Source: Lachnospiraceae bacterium (GTDB lineage: Bacteria; Bacillota; Clostridia; Lachnospirales; Lachnospiraceae). From it: DNA of 64,000 nucleotides. Under the pieces are notes generated by a model. That model was not told the DNA's origin. It worked only from the letters and a program-made list of their open reading frames with translations, and did not search any database. The position numbers and the translations under genes are program-made. This document shows, piece by piece, positions 11,092-18,797 of the stretch. Within the stretch, counting starts at the first letter, position 1, and every line of letters starts with the position of its first letter. The stretch is taken from assembly GCA_022766245.1 (NCBI GenBank), contig JALEPL010000031.1:4336-68335 (forward strand). Direction: 5' to 3'.

Positions 11092-12930
11092 CTAAATGGA
11101 AAGCGAATACTGTTCGCACAACATAGTTACTGTCATAACAATCATAAGATAATCAATTTCATAAGCACCCATCAGTTTGAAATCACTCTGACTATATATT
11201 TTTTTCATCTTATTCACGTAATCTACATCAAATACACCGTATTTTTTTATCAATGAATCACTCAGGAATTCCTCTCCACCGCTCTGTTTTACCATAGCAG
11301 ACATTCCAGGTGCCTGAAACGGGAATTTTTTTCGTTTTAAGATTTCCTGAGGAACGATTCCTTCTGTAGCTTTTTTAATGATATATTTCTCATTGGTTCC
11401 TTTAAGCTTGTATTTGTCCGGTATGGTCAGCACAAAGGAAATCAATTCGGTATCCAGGAACGGATGTCTTCCCTCTACAGAATGTGAGAAAAACATTCGA
11501 TCGCCATGCTCTCCCAGCAAATGATCAGACAAACGAAGCTTGTAATCAATATAGGATCGTCTCTTAAAGGTGCTTAAGCCTTTTACCCGTTCCAGATTAA
11601 TGGGGCTTGTGGCAAACGCTGAGAACTGATCAATCTCCCCCCGCACATTGTCACTGTATATCTGGGTATGTATCTTTCTGATTTCAGGGTGGTTCCGCTC
11701 ATAACGGAAATAGGGATCTCCCCATAATCGTTCATTCACTTCGCACTCTTCTGCAGACATCTGATTCTTCTGCATATTTCGAAACAGATCCACCATGTAG
11801 CCGGCATATCCGTAAAAGAATTCATCGGATCCCTGACCGGTCAGAACTGCCTTTGCCGGTGATGTGCTCACCAGCTCAGACAAAAGATACGCTGCAACGT
11901 CATAGCTTTCCTTGACTGCAGACTCTGCATGATAGATTACATTCGGTATATTCTTCCAGATTTCTTTTTCTGTCACTCTGGTACTGTAATGAGTAGAATT
12001 CACATATTCACAAATAATCTTCTGGAATTGCTGCTCATTCAGATCACCGGAATCTATCTCTGCCGAAAAAGAATAATAACTGTTTAGCAGATATTTTCCA
12101 ATGTAACAAGCCACAACCGAACTGTCCAAGCCACCGGAAATATAAAATCCGATGGGCACATCTGCAATCAGTCTTCTGGAAATGGCATTCTTCAATAATT
12201 CCCGAAGCTTCTCTGCATAGTACTCCTCGCCCTTATCCTCTTCCTCAGCACTGTAAATAACATCCCAGTATTCTATATTTCTTATTTCCTGTCCTGCCAC
12301 TGCCTGAATCATATGGCCACATTCCAGAGAGTAAATTCCATCGAAAAAAGTATTGGGAGAAACCACACCGGGGAAATTCATCAGCTGATCCACAGCCTTC
12401 AGATTCAGTTTTCTGCTGGCACCGGGATACTCCAGGATTGCCTTAATCTCGGATGCAAACACCAGTTTATCATTAATCTGGCTGTAAAACAATGGACAAA
12501 TCCCCACATGATCTCTCACCAAAAGTAACTGATTGATTTTCTCATCATACAAGGCAATGGCAAACTGACCATTCAGCATCTTCGGGAAATCCATTCCCTC
12601 CTCTTCATACAGATGAAGAATAACCTCCACATCGGTTTTCGTGCGGAACACATGTCCCTTCGCAATCAAATCATCCCGAAGCTCCTGAAAGTTAAAGATT
12701 TCTCCATTACATATCATGGATATCGTCTTGTCCTCGTTTTGAATAGGCTGCATACCTCCATCCAAATCCAGAAAGCTGAGGCGATTAAAGCCTAAGGTAA
12801 TCTGCTTTAATTCCAAAGTCTGACTTCCATCCGGCCCACGATGGCGGATGGCACGAAGCATCCGTTCCACAATGTCCTTCTCTGGCTGTGTTTTCTTATT
12901 CAAACTATAAATTCCACAGATTCCACACAT
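11092..12930 (-). CDS. asnB: Asparagine synthase (glutamine-hydrolysing), AsnB family
   Basis: Ntn start MCGICG, HRGPD, CNGEIFNF, ISGGLDSS, LTGQGSDE, SVEGRHPFLD. Confidence 0.93.
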   Translation of the reverse strand: MCGICGIYSLNKKTQPEKDIVERMLRAIRHRGPDGSQTLELKQITLGFNRLSFLDLDGGMQPIQNEDKTISMICNGEIFNFQELRDDLIAKGHVFRTKTDVEVILHLYEEEGMDFPKMLNGQFAIALYDEKINQLLLVRDHVGICPLFYSQINDKLVFASEIKAILEYPGASRKLNLKAVDQLMNFPGVVSPNTFFDGIYSLECGHMIQAVAGQEIRNIEYWDVIYSAEEEDKGEEYYAEKLRELLKNAISRRLIADVPIGFYISGGLDSSVVACYIGKYLLNSYYSFSAEIDSGDLNEQQFQKIICEYVNSTHYSTRVTEKEIWKNIPNVIYHAESAVKESYDVAAYLLSELVSTSPAKAVLTGQGSDEFFYGYAGYMVDLFRNMQKNQMSAEECEVNERLWGDPYFRYERNHPEIRKIHTQIYSDNVRGEIDQFSAFATSPINLERVKGLSTFKRRSYIDYKLRLSDHLLGEHGDRMFFSHSVEGRHPFLDTELISFVLTIPDKYKLKGTNEKYIIKKATEGIVPQEILKRKKFPFQAPGMSAMVKQSGGEEFLSDSLIKKYGVFDVDYVNKMKKIYSQSDFKLMGAYEIDYLMIVMTVTMLCEQYSLSI

Positions 12931-12931
12931 T

Positions 12932-13996
12932 TTAGTTCTCCTCTTCTATCCCGTAATATTCATACTGAGCCTGCTTTTCCGCCTCGTATGCTGCGATCTT
13001 TTCCTTCCAGATTTCACACAAATGCTCCTCATTCCGCCGATCCGGCAATCCCACATCCTCTGATAAGTATTTGCCCAGATAACCGGAAAGCTTTTCTGCT
13101 CCCGAAAGGTTCATGTGAAGTCCGGCATCATATGTATCCGTACTATAATCAATTCCAATCTCATCTGTGAGCTCCAGGAAATTAATATACTCCAAATTAT
13201 GAGCTGCCGCATAGTCTTCTACCTGAGCCTCATATTCATCATACCAATACGGATAAAGACTGGGTGCCTTAATCAAAATAAGTCTGATTCCATTCTCTTC
13301 ACAAAGCGCTGTCATCATATCAAGATATTTCCATGCATTGTCACCAAAACTGTAATCTGCCAGGACCTTTCCATCCGGCACATTTTCTGCAGGTTTCACA
13401 TCCACACGCATATAGTACCCGTTATGGGTCACCTGTTTTTTTCGGAACATGTAGGTTACATCCGTTGCAGAAAGATCACTCCATCTGGTATGATATCGCA
13501 AAATAGGAAATACATAATCGAGGAAATGCTCTTCTTCTTTCATGGATGCCTGAATCGCTTTTATTTTGGAAGGCGACCACTTCATCCCCTCCAATGTCAT
13601 ACGGTTATAGGCCTCACTCTGGGACTCATTAAATTGCAGAGACTGTACATTAAAAATTACCACATCCGGCGTCTCATATCGAAGTGTGTCCTCCAGCATA
13701 TAATAAGACTGCCAGATATACTGCTCCGCACTTCCTCTGATATAGCTGTTGATTCCGTAATCTTCCCACAATACGATGGGCGAGAAATTCTCGTAAACCT
13801 CACAGTCACCTACAAAGATCACATCAAAATCCTTCTCCTGCTGGTAGTACTCTTCGATGAAAGCACCTTCTACCACTCCATCTACATACTTGGGAACAAG
13901 CAGTCTCTGTAAAAGAAATAGACTTGTCACCACCACCAATGCGGACAGAATAAATTTTATACATGCTCGTTTTTTTAACTTTCCTTTCATATCCAC
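12932..13996 (-). CDS. Membrane-anchored SGNH/GDSL-like (DltD/AlgJ/PatB-like) acyltransferase with Cys at the nucleophile position
   Basis: N-terminal TM helix; block I DVIFVGDCE (TGT codon at 13804-13802); block V YDAGLHMNLSGA; directly downstream of an MBOAT gene. Confidence 0.72.
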   Translation of the reverse strand: MDMKGKLKKRACIKFILSALVVVTSLFLLQRLLVPKYVDGVVEGAFIEEYYQQEKDFDVIFVGDCEVYENFSPIVLWEDYGINSYIRGSAEQYIWQSYYMLEDTLRYETPDVVIFNVQSLQFNESQSEAYNRMTLEGMKWSPSKIKAIQASMKEEEHFLDYVFPILRYHTRWSDLSATDVTYMFRKKQVTHNGYYMRVDVKPAENVPDGKVLADYSFGDNAWKYLDMMTALCEENGIRLILIKAPSLYPYWYDEYEAQVEDYAAAHNLEYINFLELTDEIGIDYSTDTYDAGLHMNLSGAEKLSGYLGKYLSEDVGLPDRRNEEHLCEIWKEKIAAYEAEKQAQYEYYGIEEEN

Positions 13997-14016
13997 CTGT
14001 TCCCTTAACCCATAAT

Positions 14017-15609
14017 CTAAAACTGATTATAAATGAACTGACTGGCATCATATCCGATACCATAGGCTCCCATCAAAAGTATCACTAAAAACAAACCATA
14101 CCATATGCAAACCCGCACCGGATATGCCTGCGCAGCAATTCTGTCTCTGACACTTCCCCGACGCTGGAGCAGACTAACTCCGAGAAGTACCATCACTCCC
14201 ATTGCTAAAATCACATAATCCAAGGCTGTAAGTCCCAGATTCATCAAGGAACCATCCCACAGGATATGCCAGTTCCCAACAGTAAACATGGACGCCAGCA
14301 TGCCAAAGGTAGTTGACAGAGCAGAATAACAGTCAAAAATATTCAGCACACACACCAGCAAAAAGGTACGTCCAATCTGAAACACTTTGTACCAGTTTTT
14401 TTCTTCAACCGGGAAACGATTGTGAAACTTTGCATAAAGAGGTTCCAGTTCCTCCGAAATCATCAATACTGCCCAGTTCAGCAATCCCCATACAATAAAA
14501 TTCCAATTGGCACCATGCCAGATTCCTGTTGCAAACCAAACCACGAAAGAAGACAGGTACAACGGAAGACGCCGTCCCACCACCTTGCCAAAATGTTTTG
14601 CAGAAAACTTAGAAAATTTCTGCATCGCCTTACAGGTAGATACCGGATAAAAGAGATAATCTCTAAACCAACTACACATGGTAATATGCCAACGACGCCA
14701 GTATTCTTTCAATGATTTTGAGAAATATGGCCGGTTAAAGTTCTCCTGCACTGTAATTCCCATAGTCTCGGCAATACCAATGGTAATATCGATTCCTCCG
14801 GTAAAATCTGCGTACAGTTCCAAAGTATAGAACAACATACCCACAAATATGTACGCACCATTATATGTCGCTGTATCCTTGATTATCGTATTCACAGCCA
14901 CAAGAATCCGATCTGCAATTACCATCTTTTTGAAATAACCCCAGAGAATTCGCTGCAGACCATAGCAGACTTTTTTGCTGTCAAAAGCATGCTCCTCATA
15001 GAGTGTCTTGCTCAAATCCGAAAAACGGCTGATTGGTCCCTGGATCAGCTGCGGGAAAAACGACACAAACAAAGCAAATTTGAATACATTTTTCTCGGCC
15101 GGATATGCCCCACGATATACATCGATGAGATATCCCACCGCCTGAAACGTATAAAAAGAGATTCCCAGCGGCAATGCCAGCGTAAGGTAAGAAAGCTGTC
15201 TGGTCTGATGGAACATGGACAGCACACCATTTACGTTGTCAATCATAAAATTAGAATACTTCACCACCGCAAGGATGCCGATATTCAAAATAATGCAGGC
15301 TGCGACCCATCTCATACGGATCTTTTTCTGCTTATCCTTATAATTCTTTTTTTCTTCTTTTGATAACTCCGCCTTATGTTCTTTTATGTATTTGCTTTGA
15401 TTATTTGCATTCGATTCTATCTTACGTGCCGTCAGATAAGTAGTCAGCGTAGTCACCAGAATATAGATTAAATATTCCGGTCCGGCTATAAAATAAAAAA
15501 CATAGCTGGCCACTAATAAAAGTGGCCACTGACATTTCTTGGGAATAAGATAATAAACTACAAATAAGATTAAAATAAAGCCTAAGAACTCATATGATGT
15601 AAAGAGCAT
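14017..15609 (-). CDS. MBOAT family acyltransferase (DltB/AlgI/PatA-like) with fused DltX-like tail
   Basis: LPLGISFYTFQ, FFPQLIQGPI, ENFNRPY, EYWRRWHIT, catalytic His in TGIWHGA, C-terminal FIYNQF. Confidence 0.95.
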   Translation of the reverse strand: MLFTSYEFLGFILILFVVYYLIPKKCQWPLLLVASYVFYFIAGPEYLIYILVTTLTTYLTARKIESNANNQSKYIKEHKAELSKEEKKNYKDKQKKIRMRWVAACIILNIGILAVVKYSNFMIDNVNGVLSMFHQTRQLSYLTLALPLGISFYTFQAVGYLIDVYRGAYPAEKNVFKFALFVSFFPQLIQGPISRFSDLSKTLYEEHAFDSKKVCYGLQRILWGYFKKMVIADRILVAVNTIIKDTATYNGAYIFVGMLFYTLELYADFTGGIDITIGIAETMGITVQENFNRPYFSKSLKEYWRRWHITMCSWFRDYLFYPVSTCKAMQKFSKFSAKHFGKVVGRRLPLYLSSFVVWFATGIWHGANWNFIVWGLLNWAVLMISEELEPLYAKFHNRFPVEEKNWYKVFQIGRTFLLVCVLNIFDCYSALSTTFGMLASMFTVGNWHILWDGSLMNLGLTALDYVILAMGVMVLLGVSLLQRRGSVRDRIAAQAYPVRVCIWYGLFLVILLMGAYGIGYDASQFIYNQF

Positions 15610-15635
15610 ACTCTAATTCCTTAATTTCATCTAAA

Positions 15636-16232
15636 TTAATTCAAAACAGGGGAATCGTACTCAATAGATGCGATATCCTCACCATTCAGAATGAAACACA
15701 GTTTTGTACCATTATTTTCATAGGTAATGCTTTTATCTGTTTCCTGATAATCAGAGCCGTAAGCGGCAATAATATCATCCTTTGTCATGGACAAATCGAT
15801 TCCCTCAGGAGTTGACACACTGTCATCCTTTAAAATAATGGATGCAATCAAATCCTGTTCTCCATCCGGATAAGTCTCAATCTGGAAACCGGAATAGGTA
15901 TAAATCTTAGCAATTCCCTGTGCGGCACAGCTGGGCTGCTCAAAATAGCTGTCCGGCTCTCCTAATGCATCCACGATACTACTCATATCCATGTCTACAG
16001 CAATTTCAACACCATTGCTTTCAAACACAAAGCCTGAAGCGATCTCTGCATCTGCCTCTGCATCATCTGCCACTGCGTCATCTGCTGCTGTATTCTCTGT
16101 AGAAGTCTCCACACTGCTATCCGTGACATTGCTGTCTGCCTGGGTAGCACCATCAGACCCACAACCAGCCAGCATACACATACCTAATACACATACACAT
16201 GCAAGCGTATTTTTTACTCCTCTGTACTTCAT
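15636..16232 (-). CDS. Lipoprotein of unknown function
   Basis: Lipobox LAG-C, acidic low-complexity linker, compact domain with IVDALGEP and LSMTKDDIIAAYG motifs. Confidence 0.75.
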   Translation of the reverse strand: MKYRGVKNTLACVCVLGMCMLAGCGSDGATQADSNVTDSSVETSTENTAADDAVADDAEADAEIASGFVFESNGVEIAVDMDMSSIVDALGEPDSYFEQPSCAAQGIAKIYTYSGFQIETYPDGEQDLIASIILKDDSVSTPEGIDLSMTKDDIIAAYGSDYQETDKSITYENNGTKLCFILNGEDIASIEYDSPVLN

Positions 16233-16266
16233 CTTTTCCTACCTTTCTTCCCGATACCGTCAACAA

Positions 16267-16509
16267 TTAGTCCTCGTCCATCAGACTGCTGATTAACTCG
16301 CACAGTGCATCCAGCGAATTAAAGTTTTCCGGAACAATCTTGTCCGCTGAAATCACCACATCAAACTCATCGTTAATGTCTGATATCAGTGTGACAATGT
16401 CAAAAGAATCCAGCACCTTGCCGTCAACCAGTTCGGTACAGTTCTCAAAGTCCTCATCCGGATGTAATCCCTCTAAAATCTCTAATAATGTGCTTCTAAT
16501 TTCTTCCAT
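16267..16509 (-). CDS. Acyl/aminoacyl carrier protein (DltC-like)
   Basis: 80 aa, highly acidic, phosphopantetheine site in VLDSFDIV, PENFNSLDAL; overlaps the upstream adenylation gene by 14 bp. Confidence 0.92.
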   Translation of the reverse strand: MEEIRSTLLEILEGLHPDEDFENCTELVDGKVLDSFDIVTLISDINDEFDVVISADKIVPENFNSLDALCELISSLMDED

Positions 16510-18016
16510 TTTTTTTCTCTCCCTTGTACATATTTTTTAATAAAACGCGATTGATTTTTCCATTCGCGGTGAATGGCATTTCTTCTAACTGTTCCACATG
16601 ATTCGGTATCATGTAACGAGGAAGCATGCTTTTCAGCTTCGTAACCAATTCCCTAGATGTAATATTACCTACATAGTACAATACAATCTTGCCCTTTTCT
16701 CCATCATAAACACAGCAACAAAGCTTAATTTCCTCAATTGTATTCACATTAGCCTCTATCTCACCAAGCTCAATTCGATGTCCCATGTGCTTAATCTGGT
16801 AATCCTTTCTGGACACAAACACAAGCTCACCATACTCATTATACTTTCCAATATCACCTGTCCGGTAAATAATTTCCGGATATGCCGTATTTAAAGGATT
16901 CTGTACAAAAGCCTCGGATGTTTTCTGTGGGTTGTTGTAATATCCCAGAGTAACTGCGGTTCCACGGATACAGATTTCTCCCTCATTTGCCAGCTTATTC
17001 TCCTCATCCAATAGCAGAATCTCTGTATTTTGAAATGGTCTTCCGATGGGAATCGGCTCATTCTCCTGCAATTCCCGTTCCAAGCGGTAATAACAGCACA
17101 TACCGGTACCCTCGGTAGGACCGTACAGATTCACAAAGGATGCCTCCGGCAATGCCTCTCTCCAGATTCGGTACTGCTTAATCGGAAATACTTCACTTCC
17201 AAACGCAATGGTCTTCAGATATTCCGGTTTGACCATCTGGAAGGTTCCAAAGGCCGATATCATGGTCAATGCTGACACAACCCAGCATATGGTATTTACC
17301 TTATGTTCATTTAAAAACTCTACCAGCTTAGCCGGGAACATAAATAAACTCTTTGGCACAATATAGGTGGTAGCGCCAAACTTCAGAGTCGGATAGATTT
17401 CCTTTAAGCACGCATCAAAATACAACGGGGTCTGATTTGCAAATACAGTATCCTCATTAAACTGCAGAACCTCGGACAACTGCTCAATATAGTCAATGAC
17501 TGACCGATGACAGGCTACAACCCCCTTGGGTACTCCGGTAGAACCAGAAGTGAATACAATGTATATCGGATCTATATCCAGAGCATTTTTTCTGATTACG
17601 TCCAATGCCTTTGCATCCTCCGGTGTTTTGATAATTTCATCATACAGGCAAATCTCACCCTGATAATGGAAGGTCTCTGCTTTTTTCTTTGTATTTTCGT
17701 CACATATAATCAGTTCTGCCTTACAATTCTCCAGAATCAAATCAATTCTGCTCTGAGGCATTTCCTCATCAATGGGCACATAAAAGCATCCTGACGTAAT
17801 AACACCTAAAAACGCAATGATAGTTTTGGGATGTTTCTCCATAAAAACCACCACCGGTTTTCTGTATAGCCCCTTCTCATGAATATACGTACCAATGGAA
17901 TGACTCTGCTCATAAACCTGCGCAAAAGTATAGCCTTCCTTTTCGTTGGCATATGCCACTTTATCCGGCACCCTTTTCACAATCGCATCCAAATAGGACA
18001 AAACATTATTTTCCAT
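16496..18016 (-). CDS. Stand-alone amino-acid adenylation enzyme (DltA-like fold, pocket not D-Ala-like)
   Basis: FTSGSTGVPKGV (A3), YFDACL (A4), NLYGPTE (A5), YRTGD (A7), GHRIELGEIE (A8), TANGKINR (A10). Confidence 0.93.
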   Translation of the reverse strand: MENNVLSYLDAIVKRVPDKVAYANEKEGYTFAQVYEQSHSIGTYIHEKGLYRKPVVVFMEKHPKTIIAFLGVITSGCFYVPIDEEMPQSRIDLILENCKAELIICDENTKKKAETFHYQGEICLYDEIIKTPEDAKALDVIRKNALDIDPIYIVFTSGSTGVPKGVVACHRSVIDYIEQLSEVLQFNEDTVFANQTPLYFDACLKEIYPTLKFGATTYIVPKSLFMFPAKLVEFLNEHKVNTICWVVSALTMISAFGTFQMVKPEYLKTIAFGSEVFPIKQYRIWREALPEASFVNLYGPTEGTGMCCYYRLERELQENEPIPIGRPFQNTEILLLDEENKLANEGEICIRGTAVTLGYYNNPQKTSEAFVQNPLNTAYPEIIYRTGDIGKYNEYGELVFVSRKDYQIKHMGHRIELGEIEANVNTIEEIKLCCCVYDGEKGKIVLYYVGNITSRELVTKLKSMLPRYMIPNHVEQLEEMPFTANGKINRVLLKNMYKGEKKNGRN

Positions 18017-18045
18017 GTTAATCTCCAGCTTTCTGTATTAGTTTC

Positions 18046-18771
18046 TTACCTCGTGATCAGTTGATGATACTCCTCTTTCAACGTACCGCATAACTCCACG
18101 GAACATTTTGCCAAAACCTGCATTGCATCCAGATATCCTGCCCCGATTTGTTCATCTCTTCTTATCATGGAAAGCTCGGTACAGCCCAAAACAATTACCT
18201 GAGCCCCCTTTTGCCGCAATTCCTCCGACACCCGTTGAAACCGGTCCATTTCAGCAGGTTTTGTGGCCTTCACATTCTGATAAATCAGATGCATCACATC
18301 TTTCTGCCCATGTTCTTCCGGCAGAATCACTTCGATATTTCTAGCCTGCAGCGACTTTTGAAACAAACCGCTCTGTACGGTTCCATCTGTGGCCATAAGT
18401 CCCACTCTTTTAACATTTTGTATTTCTAAATAATTCGTGGTCTCTTCAATGATATTGATGATGGGTGCCGGAATCTCCCTAGACAACTCATCATAAAAAT
18501 AACTGGCAGTAATACAGGGAATGGCAATTACTTCTGCACCATAATCCACCAGATGTTTTCCCACTTCCACCATGGGAACTTTTGGATTCTCGCTGCTATG
18601 CCCCACAATATAACTGGTTCTATCGGGGATAGACGGACAATTATGTATCATCATCTCAATATGTTCCTGGTCCGTATCCGCCTTTGTCATTTCAATCACC
18701 ATCTGCATGAAAAAAGCCGTTGCCATAGGCCCCAGGCCGCCAATCACACCCAATGTATGCATTCTAAACAC
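18046..18771 (-). CDS. Aspartate/glutamate-type amino-acid racemase
   Basis: LGVIGGLGPMAT, PDRT, two catalytic Cys in IAIPCITA and LGCTELS. Start may be MHTL at 18762. Confidence 0.9.
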   Translation of the reverse strand: MFRMHTLGVIGGLGPMATAFFMQMVIEMTKADTDQEHIEMMIHNCPSIPDRTSYIVGHSSENPKVPMVEVGKHLVDYGAEVIAIPCITASYFYDELSREIPAPIINIIEETTNYLEIQNVKRVGLMATDGTVQSGLFQKSLQARNIEVILPEEHGQKDVMHLIYQNVKATKPAEMDRFQRVSEELRQKGAQVIVLGCTELSMIRRDEQIGAGYLDAMQVLAKCSVELCGTLKEEYHQLITR

Positions 18772-18797
18772 CTTCCTATAATCAAACCAAACAGACT

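Noticed and set aside
16267-18016. Calling these genes dltA/dltC or an NRPS
   Set aside because: No condensation or thioesterase domains, and the DltA-specific motifs are missing, so no dlt symbols were assigned.
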